Shown here in pieces: positions 42,430 to 52,722 of a stretch of DNA of 64,000 bases. Both the position numbers and the translations under genes were made by a program. The DNA comes from Clostridia bacterium (lineage in GTDB: Bacteria; Bacillota; Clostridia; TANB77; CAG-508): contig JAFRNM010000001.1 of the NCBI GenBank assembly GCA_017430135.1, forward strand, positions 271,242 to 335,241, given 5' to 3'. Numbering within the stretch: the first letter of the stretch is position 1; every line of letters begins with the position of its first letter. A model generated the notes under the pieces. The model did no database searches and was not told the origin of the DNA. It saw nothing but the letters and a program-made list of their open reading frames with translations.

Positions 42430-42960
42430 ATGGAACCAAACGGACAAGGAACAAATGAAATAGAAAATGATGATAATTCTGCATATGAAGAAGAAAAAGG
42501 AAATGCAGTAGCACATAAAGATAATGCGTTGCAAAAATTAAATGCTTTATTATTAAAATATATTAATAATCCTGAAACTATAGCAAAATCAGATAAATTA
42601 TCATATTGGTTGGAAGACTATTGTAGATATTTAGATTTAGAAGATAAATTTAATCCAAAATTTATGAAGAAATATGAAAGAGGAGATGTAATAAAAGTTA
42701 ATTTAGGATATAACATAGGAAATGAGGAAGGTGGATTACATTATTGTATTGTTGTAGATAAGCATAATTCAAATTTATCTGGAGTTGTAACAGTTATTCC
42801 ACTTACTTCTGATAAAGAAAAAACACCGCGTTTTGCAGATGTAGCGTTAGGAAAAGAAATATACATTAAATTAAATGAAAAATTAGATGCAATAAAATTA
42901 ATAGTTTCAAAAAATATAAATGAAATTAATAAAAATGAAAATGAAACAACTATTTTTTAA
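42430..42960 (+). CDS. MazF/PemK-like endoribonuclease domain protein with about 80-aa N-terminal extension
   Basis: AAGGAG RBS 8 nt before ATG 42430. C-terminal half RGDVIKVNLGYNIGNEEGGLHYCIVVDKHNSNLSGVVTVIPLTS aligns with MazF [26 protein letters not shown]...PTAIVAAIT. Confidence 0.55.
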   Translation: MEPNGQGTNEIENDDNSAYEEEKGNAVAHKDNALQKLNALLLKYINNPETIAKSDKLSYWLEDYCRYLDLEDKFNPKFMKKYERGDVIKVNLGYNIGNEEGGLHYCIVVDKHNSNLSGVVTVIPLTSDKEKTPRFADVALGKEIYIKLNEKLDAIKLIVSKNINEINKNENETTIF

Positions 42961-43286
42961 ATGAAAAATTTTATGAATTTATATGAATTTTGTTTGACAA
43001 AATTCATATAATATATTATAATGTAATTACAAGGTTGGGCGACTTATGTTGACCGCAACATAAATAGAAGACAAAAAGATGACTCGAAAGAGTCATCTTT
43101 TTAATTTCACAACAGAAAAATGCACCAACTGGTGCATTTTTCGTTATATTTATAGAAAACCTTTTAGACAAGAGTAAAGTTATGAAAATAAAAATAATTT
43201 AAATTGCGCAACAGCTGTTGCGCAATTATAGTTAGAATAATAATATGAAAATATAATAAAACCATATCAAAATAAAGTCAGTTAAA

Positions 43287-43508
43287 TTACTTTATTTTAG
43301 GATATGGTTTTTTCTCATCTGTTAATTTAGCAATATAATCAATTGAAGTTTTATAATAATTAGCAAAAATTTTCATAGTATCTAAAGGAATCATTCTTTC
43401 ATCTTTTTCATATCTAATATAAGAATTTTTGGAAATATAAGCTAATTTTGCACAAAAATCTTGAGTTAAATCATTATCTTCTCTTAATTCTTTCAATCTT
43501 GTTTGCAT
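43287..43508 (-). CDS. XRE-family helix-turn-helix transcriptional regulator
   Basis: MQTRLKELREDNDLTQDFCAKLAYISKNSYIRYE is an HTH_XRE motif. GAGGTGA RBS. Confidence 0.7.
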   Translation of the reverse strand: MQTRLKELREDNDLTQDFCAKLAYISKNSYIRYEKDERMIPLDTMKIFANYYKTSIDYIAKLTDEKKPYPKIK

Positions 43509-43552
43509 TAAATTCACCTCAAAAATATTATATAAAAGTTCTCCATATGGGG

Positions 43553-43581
43553 TTGACAAAATACTCCATTTAGGGTATTAT
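43553..43581 (+). promoter_or_regulatory. sigma-A-like promoter (TTGACA, 17 bp spacer, TATTAT) for the second pilin-like gene
   Basis: Hexamers read directly from the sequence. Confidence 0.4.
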
Positions 43582-43618
43582 TTTTATAGAATTTATATAA
43601 ATATGGGGGAATATACAA

Positions 43619-45526
43619 ATGGTAAAAAATGAGAGAAACAAAGGAATAACTTTAATTGCTTTAATCGTAACAATAGTGGTTTTATTGATTTTAGCGGGAG
43701 TAACAATAAATGCAATAACGGGTAGTGAAAGTGCAATGGAGAAAGCAACAGAGGCAAGAGAAAAAAATATACAAGGGTCAGAATTGGAACAAATAAAATT
43801 ATGTGTAGTAAATGCTATGGCTCAGGGGCTAGATGGAAAAGTAAGTGAAACAAATTTAAAAACAGCTTTGAATGGTGTTGTTGCACAATCAGAAATCAAT
43901 AAAATTACTGGAGCAGGTCCTTGGACTATTCAAGGAAATTCTGGTAAAAAATATAGAATTACTAATAGTGGTTTAGTTGATATACTAGATGTTATTACAA
44001 GCGGATTTGATTTTAAATGGCAAGCAGCAACCTTGGATTCATCTAATGGTGTGATTAATACTAATGTATTGAGTGGTTATCCTTTAAATAATTATTTATC
44101 TGACATTTTTTATTTTGATAAAATAAAAATAAATATTTCTGATAATATATTAATTAAAATTGCTTACTATGATGCAAATGGTAATTTTATATCTGCTGAA
44201 CCATGGAAAAGTAAAAGCCAAACAAATTGGTCAAATGGTGGAATAGAAAAAATTACTATAGAAGATTCATATATTAGAATATGTATAGCGGATACAACAG
44301 TAAATAGTACAGGTGCTTATACATTAACATCTGAAGAAATTGCTTCTCGTTTTTCCTATGAAATATATAAAAATAAATTAGAAGAAAATGTTGAAGTGAT
44401 TTCAAGTGGTTTTTATTTTAACTGGAAAACAGCAACTTTAGATTCATCTAATGGTAATATAAATTATAGTGCTAGCAGTGGGGCTACTTTGAATAATTAT
44501 TTATCTGATGTTTTTCATTTTGAAAAAATCAAACTTAATATTTCGGATAATTTATTGATAAAAATTGCTTACTATGATAAAAATGATAACTTTATATCTG
44601 CTGATCCATGGAAAAGTAAAAACCAAACAAATTGGTCAAGCGGTGGAACAGAGCAGATAATAATAGAAGATTCATATATTAGAATATGTATAGCAGATAC
44701 AACAGTAAATAGTACAGGTGCTTATACGTTAACAGATGAGCAATTATCTTCTCGTTTTACTTATGAAATATATGGAAGTGAATATGAACAAAAATCTAAA
44801 ATTGTTTTGCCTGATGTTGAAAAAGGTGAAACAGGTAAAGGATTTACCTGTACAGGATTAACTTACGACGAGACTGATAAATGTTTTTATGTGGGGAATT
44901 ATGGAAAAATGCTACCATCAGATTCTACAATATATAATACTATAGTAAAATTATCTGCAGATGGTAATACAGTTTTAGGAGAGATAAAACTATACGATAC
45001 TATTCCAACAATGACGGGAGATATCCAAGGATTAACAGTTGATTATAGTGATAATACAATTTGGGTTGTAGCATATGCAGAAGGAAAAATATATCATATA
45101 AATAAAAGTGGTACATTAATAGGAACTGTAAATCATACTGGAGCAAATGGAATTGCTTATGATAATCGTACAGATACACTTTGGGTTCTTGCTATTACTA
45201 ATAATGGTGGAAATATAAAAAATATCACTAAATCAGGTGAAACTAATAAAACAATTACTTTTACTGGAATTAGTGCAGTAGACCAAATGTATTTAGATAC
45301 ACAAAGTAATACAATATATTTTTCAGCAGGAGCGAATTACAATTCTAATAATTATATTTATAAAGCTAATTTAAATACAGATGAAATTTCATTATATAAG
45401 ACTTTAGAGGATTCATATGCAATAGAAGGAATATGGATTAAAGACAATTTGCTTTATGTAATGAATGATGGATATTACCATTCAGCAAAATATAGATATA
45501 ACTATATGATGATATATAGTTTATAA
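43619..45526 (+). CDS. large surface protein, paralog of 13523-15274 in the N-terminus (NKGITLIALIVTIVVLLILAG), with two about 130-aa internal repeats and a C-terminal beta-propeller-like domain
   Basis: GGGGGA RBS. N-terminal 45 aa closely similar to the other pilin-like protein. Internal duplication from about 43970 to 44760. Confidence 0.6.
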   Translation: MVKNERNKGITLIALIVTIVVLLILAGVTINAITGSESAMEKATEAREKNIQGSELEQIKLCVVNAMAQGLDGKVSETNLKTALNGVVAQSEINKITGAGPWTIQGNSGKKYRITNSGLVDILDVITSGFDFKWQAATLDSSNGVINTNVLSGYPLNNYLSDIFYFDKIKINISDNILIKIAYYDANGNFISAEPWKSKSQTNWSNGGIEKITIEDSYIRICIADTTVNSTGAYTLTSEEIASRFSYEIYKNKLEENVEVISSGFYFNWKTATLDSSNGNINYSASSGATLNNYLSDVFHFEKIKLNISDNLLIKIAYYDKNDNFISADPWKSKNQTNWSSGGTEQIIIEDSYIRICIADTTVNSTGAYTLTDEQLSSRFTYEIYGSEYEQKSKIVLPDVEKGETGKGFTCTGLTYDETDKCFYVGNYGKMLPSDSTIYNTIVKLSADGNTVLGEIKLYDTIPTMTGDIQGLTVDYSDNTIWVVAYAEGKIYHINKSGTLIGTVNHTGANGIAYDNRTDTLWVLAITNNGGNIKNITKSGETNKTITFTGISAVDQMYLDTQSNTIYFSAGANYNSNNYIYKANLNTDEISLYKTLEDSYAIEGIWIKDNLLYVMNDGYYHSAKYRYNYMMIYSL

Positions 45527-45536
45527 TGATAAGATT

Positions 45537-45571
45537 AAAGGATATCGTTTTACAAAAGATATCCTTTAATT
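45537..45571 (+). terminator. rho-independent terminator
   Basis: aaaggatatc gttttacaaaa gatatccttt. Confidence 0.5.
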
Positions 45572-45993
45572 ATATCATTATTTTTTGCAACATCAATTTT
45601 CATACAATTTTTTTTGAGAAAATTTTAATAATACTTGTTTCAGTAAAAAAGGCAAAATATATTTAAAAGCACTTGCTAAATCAAAAAAATTATGTTAAAT
45701 TATAACCATAGTAAATAGCAAAAAAATACACCAATACTCCCACATTTACAAAAATATTGCTATTGCTACATTTGAAACGGAAATTAGGAACTTTTTGCAA
45801 GGTAGAGTTTTCGCAAACGTCTATCTTGCAGGAGCCAAAAAGAAATCTGTTCGAACTAATAATTCGAGCAGTTTTTATATTATTAGCCTCATATACTTGA
45901 GGAAAAGTAGGAGTTATGGTATGATAGCAATAGTTAAACAAATAAAAGTAGCAAAAGAAATCTTAATGATAATATAAAAAGTGGAGGAATTAT

Positions 45994-46854
45994 ATGGAAA
46001 TAGTAGTAGGAAAAACAGCAGGTTTTTGCTATGGAGTAAAAAATGCTGTAACCAAAACAGAAAAAATGCTAACAGAAAATGAAAATATTTTTTGTTTAGG
46101 AGAATTAGTTCATAATGGTGAAGTGATAAAAAAACTAGAAAAAATGGGGTTAAAGGTAATAAATGATATTGAGGATGCAAATGATAAGGTAATTATAAGA
46201 GCTCATGGAATTCCAAGAGAAATATATACCAAGGCTAAAAAAAGAAATATAGAGATTTGTGACTATACATGCCCTATGGTTCTTAAAATACATAATATAG
46301 CAGAAGAATATGCCCAAAAAGGTTATTTCATTTTTTTAATTGGAAAGAAAGAACACCCAGAAATAATAGGAACTTTTAGTTTTTGCGGTAAAAATGCATA
46401 TGTATTAGAAAAAGTAGATGAAATTCAAGAGGCTATGGAAAATTTCAATAAAAGTAATACAAACAAAATACTAATAATAGCACAGACTACATTTAACTTA
46501 GAAAAATTTGAAATAATTGCACAAGCTATAAAAAAAGAAATAAATAGTAATGTTGAATTAGAAATAAAAAATACCATTTGTAATGCAACAAAGATAAGGC
46601 AAGAAGAAACCAATCAAATATCAAAAGAAGTACAATGTATGATAATTATTGGTGGCAAGAATAGTTCAAATACTCAAAAATTATACGATATTGCAAAGAA
46701 AAATTGCCAAAATGCTTTTGTAGTAGAAAATAAGGAAGAATTGCCGATAGATAGAATTAAAAATTTTAGAAAAATAGGAATAATGGCAGGAGCTTCAACT
46801 CCAAATGAAAGTATAAATGATATAATCAAACTAATAGAAGATAAGTTGTGTTAA
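45994..46854 (+). CDS. ispH: 4-hydroxy-3-methylbut-2-enyl diphosphate reductase
   Basis: Three conserved Cys (CYGV, CPMV, CNAT). 286 aa. LytB family. Confidence 0.9.
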   Translation: MEIVVGKTAGFCYGVKNAVTKTEKMLTENENIFCLGELVHNGEVIKKLEKMGLKVINDIEDANDKVIIRAHGIPREIYTKAKKRNIEICDYTCPMVLKIHNIAEEYAQKGYFIFLIGKKEHPEIIGTFSFCGKNAYVLEKVDEIQEAMENFNKSNTNKILIIAQTTFNLEKFEIIAQAIKKEINSNVELEIKNTICNATKIRQEETNQISKEVQCMIIIGGKNSSNTQKLYDIAKKNCQNAFVVENKEELPIDRIKNFRKIGIMAGASTPNESINDIIKLIEDKLC

Positions 46855-46930
46855 TACATTATGATAGACTATATTGTTAAATCTGTTCAAACAGATAATT
46901 CGAGCAGATTTTTAAATATTAAAAAAATTC

Positions 46931-46959
46931 TTGATAAAATAAATCAAACATTATATAAT
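46931..46959 (+). promoter_or_regulatory. sigma-A-like promoter (TTGATA, 17 bp spacer, TATAAT) for the pta-ackA operon
   Basis: Hexamers read directly from the sequence. Confidence 0.45.
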
Positions 46960-47057
46960 ACAATTGGAAATAAAAATGAAAAGATGATTTTAAAATAATA
47001 CTTGTAATTTTTTAAAAGTTTCTATATAATTGCTATGTAGAATTTGGAGGTGTACAA

Positions 47058-48056
47058 ATGAATTTTATTGAAAGCGTAAAAAATAGAGCGAAAGCTAATG
47101 TTAAGACAATAGTTCTTCCAGAAGCGGATGATTTAAGAGTTTTAGAAGCAACTCAAACAATTTTAAATGAAAAATTTGCAAATGTTGTTTTAGTTGGAGA
47201 TGAAGAAGCGATTTTTAATAAAGCCAAAGAAAACAACATAACTATTGAAGGCGCAAAAATTGTTAATCCTGCAAAATCTGAAAAATATGAAGAATATGTA
47301 AATTTATTAGTAGAGCTTAGAAAAAATAAAGGGATGACTGAGGAAGAAGCTAAAAAACTAGTTTTAGATCCAGTGTATTATGGAACAATGATGGTTAAAT
47401 CTGGAGAAGCTGATGGATTAGTATCAGGAGCAGCACATTCAACTGCGGATACATTAAGACCAGCACTTCAAATTTTAAAAACAGCTCCAAATACCAAACT
47501 TGTATCAGCATTTTTCGTTATGGTTGTACCAGATTGTGAATATGGGGAAAACGGAACATTTATATTTGCTGATAGTGGTTTAAACCCTAATCCAGATGTA
47601 GATGGATTAGAGGCAATAGCAACGGCTTCAGCAAAAAGTTTTGAATTATTAGTTGAAAAAAAAGCTAAAATTGCAATGCTTTCTTATTCAACATATGGAA
47701 GTGCAAAATCAGATTTAACTCAAAAAATGATAGATGCTACAAATCAAATTAAGGCTAATAACCCAAATTTAATGGTTGATGGAGAATTGCAATTAGATGC
47801 TGCAATAATTCCGGAAGTTGCTAAAATGAAGGCACCAGAAAGTAAGGTGGCTGGACAAGCCAATGTACTTATATTCCCAGACTTAAATGCTGGAAACATA
47901 GGATATAAATTAGTACAAAGATTAGCAAAAGCAGAAGCTTATGGCCCACTTTGCCAAGGCATTGCAAAACCAGTAAATGATTTATCTCGAGGATGTAGCG
48001 CACAAGATATTGTTGGTGTTGTTGCAATTACGGCATTGCAAGCTCAGAACTTATAA
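47058..48056 (+). CDS. pta: phosphate acetyltransferase
   Basis: 332-aa Pta catalytic domain. Confidence 0.9.
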   Translation: MNFIESVKNRAKANVKTIVLPEADDLRVLEATQTILNEKFANVVLVGDEEAIFNKAKENNITIEGAKIVNPAKSEKYEEYVNLLVELRKNKGMTEEEAKKLVLDPVYYGTMMVKSGEADGLVSGAAHSTADTLRPALQILKTAPNTKLVSAFFVMVVPDCEYGENGTFIFADSGLNPNPDVDGLEAIATASAKSFELLVEKKAKIAMLSYSTYGSAKSDLTQKMIDATNQIKANNPNLMVDGELQLDAAIIPEVAKMKAPESKVAGQANVLIFPDLNAGNIGYKLVQRLAKAEAYGPLCQGIAKPVNDLSRGCSAQDIVGVVAITALQAQNL

Positions 48057-48072
48057 TAGAAAGGATATAATT

Positions 48073-49260
48073 ATGAAGATTTTAGTCTTAAATTCAGGTA
48101 GTTCATCTTTAAAATACCAAGTAATAGATATGGAAAATGAACAAACAATTGCTAAAGGATATTTTGAAAGAATTGGGCAGCCAAATTCATTTCTATCACA
48201 TAAAGTAAATGGAATGAAGCATAAATTTGAAAGAGAAGCTAAAGACCATGAGGAAGCTATTTCATTTGTTCTAGACAGGCTTACAAATGACCACTATGGG
48301 GTTATTAAAGATTTAAGCGAGCTTAGTGGAATAGGACACAGAATAGTTCATGGTGGAGAAAAATTTGCAGATAGTGTTTTAATTACAGACGAAGTAATAG
48401 AAGAAATAAGAAAATGTAGTGATTTAGCGCCTCTTCATAATCCAGCTGCAATACTTGGAATAGAAGCATGTAAAAAAGTAGTACCTAACATGAAAATGGT
48501 TGCAGTATTTGATACAGCATTCCATCAAACTATACCAAAATCAAGATACATTTATCCAATACCATATAAATATTATGAAAATTATTCGGTTCGTAAATAT
48601 GGATTCCATGGCACGTCACATCAATATGTAGCAAACAGAGTAGCTGAAATGCTTGGAAAAGATGTAAAAGATTTAAAAATTGTTAGTTGTCATTTGGGAC
48701 AAGGTGCAAGTATTTGCGCTGTTCAAAATGGAAAATCTGTTGAAACAAGCATGGGGTTAACACCGCTTGGTGGAATTCCAATGGGAACAAGAAGCGGAGA
48801 TTTAGATCCATCTGTGCTAACTTATGTTATGAAAAAGGAAAATCTATCAGCAGATGAAATGGAAGAAATATTAAATAAAAAATCAGGCGTTTACGGTGTT
48901 TCTCGTGTTTCTATGGATTTTAGAGATATTGAATTTGAAGCACTTGTGGGAGGAACACATGCAAAACTTTCTTTAGATATTTTCTGTTATTTAATAGCAG
49001 GTTATATAATGAAATGTGCAGTTGCAATGGGCGGTATTGATGTACTTACATTCACAGCAGGTGTAGGTGAAAAAAGCCCATATTGCAGAGAACACATTTG
49101 CAAAAACTTGGAGTTCATGGGAGCAAAACTTGATTTAACAAAAAATGAAGTAAAAGGGGAAGAAGCAATTATTTCTAAAGATAATTCTTCTATCCAAATT
49201 TGCGTAGTTCCTACAAATGAGGAGCTTATGATAGCAAGAGAAACTATGAAATTAATATAA
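48073..49260 (+). CDS. ackA: acetate kinase (paralog 1)
   Basis: [20 protein letters not shown], and the ATP-binding motifs. AAAGGA RBS before ATG 48073, so the longer upstream extension is rejected. Confidence 0.88.
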   Translation: MKILVLNSGSSSLKYQVIDMENEQTIAKGYFERIGQPNSFLSHKVNGMKHKFEREAKDHEEAISFVLDRLTNDHYGVIKDLSELSGIGHRIVHGGEKFADSVLITDEVIEEIRKCSDLAPLHNPAAILGIEACKKVVPNMKMVAVFDTAFHQTIPKSRYIYPIPYKYYENYSVRKYGFHGTSHQYVANRVAEMLGKDVKDLKIVSCHLGQGASICAVQNGKSVETSMGLTPLGGIPMGTRSGDLDPSVLTYVMKKENLSADEMEEILNKKSGVYGVSRVSMDFRDIEFEALVGGTHAKLSLDIFCYLIAGYIMKCAVAMGGIDVLTFTAGVGEKSPYCREHICKNLEFMGAKLDLTKNEVKGEEAIISKDNSSIQICVVPTNEELMIARETMKLI

Positions 49261-49279
49261 TTAAAGGAGAGGTTTAAAT

Positions 49280-50479
49280 ATGAAAATTTTAGTACTAAAC
49301 TGTGGTAGTTCATCATTAAAATACCAATTAATCAACATGGAAACAGAAGAAGTTATGGCTTCTGGAAAATATGAGAGAATAGGAGAAGAAGAAGCATACA
49401 TTACACACAAAGTAAATGGGCAAAAAATTGAAATAAAACATCCAGCATATAATCATGAAGAAGCAATAGACTTTACTTTAAAACAATTAGTAAACCCAGA
49501 ATACAAAGTTGTAGATTCATTAGACGAAGTAAATGCAATTGGACACAGAGTTGTTCATGGTGGAGAATATTTCTCAACACCAGTTCTAATTACAGAAGAT
49601 GTAATAAACAAAGTAGAATTAGCAGCAGAACTTGCACCATTACACAATAAAGCAGCTGCTCAAGGAATGAGAGCTTGCCAAGCTGTTATGCCTGGTAAAC
49701 CAATGGTAGTTGTATTTGATACAGCATTCCATCAATCAATTCCAAAAGAAAGATACATTTACCCAATTCCTTATGAATATTACAAAAAATATGGAATTAG
49801 AAAATATGGATTCCATGGTACATCACATCAATATGTAGCAAATAGATTAGCAGAAATTGAAAATAAATCAATTGAAGATTTAAAAATAGTAACATGTCAT
49901 TTAGGACAAGGTTCAAGTATATGTGCTGTTAAAGGTGGAAAATCAGTTGATACAAGTATGGGATTAACACCACTTGCAGGTATACCAATGGTTACAAGAA
50001 GTGGGGATTTAGACCCATCTGTTGTAACATACATTATGAAAAAAGAAAATATGTCAGCAGAAGAAGTTGAAAACATGTTAAACAAAGAATCTGGAGTAAT
50101 GGGAATTTCAGGTCTAGCACCAGATTTTAGAGTAATAGAATCAGCTTCTTATGAAGACAATGAAAGAGCTGCTTTAGCAATGGATGCCTTCAAATATGCA
50201 ATAGCAGGATTTATAGCAAAATATGCAGTTGCAATGAATGGAATAGATGCAGTAGTATTCACAGGTGGAGTTGGAGAAAATCAAATAAATATTAGAAAAG
50301 GAATTTGTAAACAATTAGAATTCATGGGCTTAATTATAGATGAAGAAGCAAATAACATTAGAAGTGAAGAAAGATTAATAACAAAACCAGAATCTAAAAT
50401 TAGAGCCTATATAATTCCAACAAACGAAGAATTAATGATAGCTAAAGAAACTGAAAAATTAGTAAAATATATCAAATAA
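49280..50479 (+). CDS. ackA: acetate kinase (paralog 2)
   Basis: [16 protein letters not shown]. Roughly 55-60% identical to paralog 1. GGAGAGG RBS. Confidence 0.85.
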   Translation: MKILVLNCGSSSLKYQLINMETEEVMASGKYERIGEEEAYITHKVNGQKIEIKHPAYNHEEAIDFTLKQLVNPEYKVVDSLDEVNAIGHRVVHGGEYFSTPVLITEDVINKVELAAELAPLHNKAAAQGMRACQAVMPGKPMVVVFDTAFHQSIPKERYIYPIPYEYYKKYGIRKYGFHGTSHQYVANRLAEIENKSIEDLKIVTCHLGQGSSICAVKGGKSVDTSMGLTPLAGIPMVTRSGDLDPSVVTYIMKKENMSAEEVENMLNKESGVMGISGLAPDFRVIESASYEDNERAALAMDAFKYAIAGFIAKYAVAMNGIDAVVFTGGVGENQINIRKGICKQLEFMGLIIDEEANNIRSEERLITKPESKIRAYIIPTNEELMIAKETEKLVKYIK

Positions 50480-50490
50480 AAATAGTATAA

Positions 50491-50519
50491 AAATGATGGC
50501 AAAAGCCATCATTTTTATT
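50491..50519 (+). terminator. rho-independent terminator
   Basis: aaatgatggc aaaa gccatcattt followed by a T-run. Confidence 0.6.
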
Positions 50520-50578
50520 GACAAATTAAAATCAAAAATATATAATACAGGAAATTGTTTTTAAAGAGGAGGGATAAT

Positions 50579-51580
50579 ATGAAAAAACAAATACTAAGTG
50601 GAATTCAACCATCTGGAATTTTAACATTAGGAAATTATCTGGGGGCGTTAAGAAATTGGGTGAAAATTCAAGATGATGAGGAATATGACTGCAAATTCTT
50701 TGTTGCAGATTTACACGCAATAACAGTTAGCCAAGATCCAGAAACATTAAGAAACAACATTAAAAGCATAATTATGCAATATTTAGCATGTGGGTTAGAT
50801 CCAGAAAAAAATACAATATTTATTCAATCTCATGTACATGAACATGCTGAACTAGGCTGGCTATTAAACAATTATACATATATGGGTGAACTTAGCAGAA
50901 TGACACAATTTAAAGATAAATCTAAAAAACAAGAAAATGTAAAAGTAGGTTTGTTTGATTATCCAGTTTTAATGGCAGCAGATATTTTACTATATGATGC
51001 AGACTTTGTGCCAGTAGGTCAGGACCAAAAACAACATATAGAAATAACAAGAGATATTGCACAAAGATTTAACTCTTTATATAAAAAGGATATATTTAAG
51101 TTACCAGACCCATATATAACAAAAAGTACAGCTAAAATAATGAGCTTACAAGAACCAACAAAGAAAATGTCTAAATCAGATGAAAACAAAGAAGCTACAA
51201 TATTCTTGCTAGATTCAAGAGAAGTAATAACAAAGAAAATAAAAAAAGCAGTTACAGATTCAGAAAATGTAGTAAGATATTCAGATGATAAACCAGGTAT
51301 TAAGAATTTAATAAATATTTATTCAGCAGTAACGGATAAAGAAATTCCAGAAATTGAAGAAGAATTTAAAGATGTAGGATATGGCAAGTTTAAACAAGCA
51401 GTAGCAGATGCTGTAGCAGACCTTTTAGAACCAATTCAAGCAAAATATGCAAAACTTGCTTTACCAGAAAATGAAGAATATTTAAAACAAATTTGCCAAA
51501 AAGGTGCAGCAGTAGCACATGAAATTGCTTCTAAAAAACTTAAAGAAGTTCAGGAAGCTATTGGATTTAGAACAATGTAA
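50579..51580 (+). CDS. trpS: tryptophan--tRNA ligase
   Basis: Class I HIGH (LHAIT variant) and KMSKS motifs. GAGGAGGG RBS before ATG 50579. Confidence 0.9.
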   Translation: MKKQILSGIQPSGILTLGNYLGALRNWVKIQDDEEYDCKFFVADLHAITVSQDPETLRNNIKSIIMQYLACGLDPEKNTIFIQSHVHEHAELGWLLNNYTYMGELSRMTQFKDKSKKQENVKVGLFDYPVLMAADILLYDADFVPVGQDQKQHIEITRDIAQRFNSLYKKDIFKLPDPYITKSTAKIMSLQEPTKKMSKSDENKEATIFLLDSREVITKKIKKAVTDSENVVRYSDDKPGIKNLINIYSAVTDKEIPEIEEEFKDVGYGKFKQAVADAVADLLEPIQAKYAKLALPENEEYLKQICQKGAAVAHEIASKKLKEVQEAIGFRTM

Positions 51581-51661
51581 AAAATATTTATTTAACTATT
51601 GCCAAATTTTTTTATAAATGATAAAATTTGTAAGGAAATTTTTGAAAGGATGGTAATAGTA

Positions 51662-52531
51662 ATGAATATTTTAAAATTAGCAGATTTAGAAGTAAAAGAA
51701 ATTGAAGAAATTTTAGATCAAGCAGCTGCTTTTAAAAGTGGCACTAAAAAGATTAACTATAATGGAGATAAAATTATAGCTAATCTTTTTTTTGAGCCAT
51801 CAACAAGAACTCATTATAGTTTTGAAACAGCAGAGTTAAAGCTTGGTTGTAAAACTATAGATTTTGCACCTGAATCATCAAGTATGAAGAAAGGTGAAAC
51901 TTTATATGATACTGTAAAAACTTTTGAAAGTCTTGGCGTTGACGCAGTTGTTATAAGGCATAGAGAGGATGAGTATTATAAACAGTTAGAAAATATTAAA
52001 ATTCCAATTTTAAATGGAGGAGATGGTACAAAAGACCATCCATCACAATCTCTTTTAGATTTGTATACAATAAAAGAGGAATTTGGCCATTTTGAAGGTT
52101 TAAAGGTGTTGATAGTAGGAGATATTAAACATTCAAGAGTTGCTCATTCAAATATTAAAGTTATGGAAAGATTAGGCATGAAAGTATATACTTCTGGTCC
52201 AGAAGAATTTAGAGATGATAATCTTGAGTTTGTAAATTTTGAAGAATATCTTCCAAAAGTAGATGTAGTAATGCTACTAAGAATTCAACTTGAAAGACAT
52301 AATGAAAAAGTTGCAATAGATGCAAAAGAATATAATAGTAAATACGGCTTAAATGCAACAAATGTATCAAAGATGAAAGACAATGCAATAATTATGCATC
52401 CAGCACCATTTAATAGAAATGTAGAAATTTCAGATGATGTTGTAGAGTGCAGTAAGTCTAGAATTTTTAAACAAATAACAAATGGAGTATATGTTAGAAT
52501 GGCGATGATAGAAAAAGCTTTAAACATATAA
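51662..52531 (+). CDS. pyrB: aspartate carbamoyltransferase catalytic subunit
   Basis: FFEPSTRTHYSFE (STRT motif) and HPAP motif. AAAGGATGG RBS before ATG 51662. Confidence 0.85.
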   Translation: MNILKLADLEVKEIEEILDQAAAFKSGTKKINYNGDKIIANLFFEPSTRTHYSFETAELKLGCKTIDFAPESSSMKKGETLYDTVKTFESLGVDAVVIRHREDEYYKQLENIKIPILNGGDGTKDHPSQSLLDLYTIKEEFGHFEGLKVLIVGDIKHSRVAHSNIKVMERLGMKVYTSGPEEFRDDNLEFVNFEEYLPKVDVVMLLRIQLERHNEKVAIDAKEYNSKYGLNATNVSKMKDNAIIMHPAPFNRNVEISDDVVECSKSRIFKQITNGVYVRMAMIEKALNI

Positions 52532-52541
52532 AAATTTTTCC

Positions 52542-52603
52542 GACTTTTTGGGACACTCTTAAAATTCAAGGTTTTCGACTTTTTAAGAGTGTCCCAAAAA
52601 GTC
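52542..52603. repeat. palindromic intergenic element, GGGACACTCTTAAAAA family, copy 7
   Basis: gactttttgggacactcttaaaa ttcaaggttttc gactttttaagagtgtcccaaaaagtc. Confidence 0.8.
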
Positions 52604-52631
52604 ATAAATTCTTGTCCACCCAAAATATACG

Positions 52632-52660
52632 TTGACTATTGAAACAATCGGTGCTATAAT
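52632..52660 (+). promoter_or_regulatory. consensus sigma-A promoter (TTGACT, 17 bp spacer, TATAAT) in front of the GC-rich purA-like gene
   Basis: Hexamers read directly from the sequence. Confidence 0.5.
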
Positions 52661-52722
52661 GCCTTTGTAAGTTTTTTGTAGCTAAACCAATAATTTAATA
52701 ATTATGGACGGAGGTAAAAACT

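Noticed and set aside
42241-45880. attL/attR-like duplication of the tRNA-Gln 3' end (agccaaaaagaaatctgttcgaactaataattcgagcag at 42241 and 45834) bounding an integrated element.
   Set aside because: Only the last 5 nt of the tRNA are shared. The rest of the repeat is the downstream terminator hairpin, which also occurs at about 46880. No integrase lies between the copies. A repeated terminator is the more likely explanation.
47977-48072. 5' extension of acetate kinase 1 (start at 47977 overlapping pta).
   Set aside because: Conserved AckA N-terminus [12 protein letters not shown] begins at 48073 behind a good RBS. The extension overlaps pta in another frame.
50480-50578. T-box leader upstream of trpS.
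   Set aside because: Only about 100 nt of intergenic space, mostly taken up by the upstream terminator. No specifier or T-box sequence.
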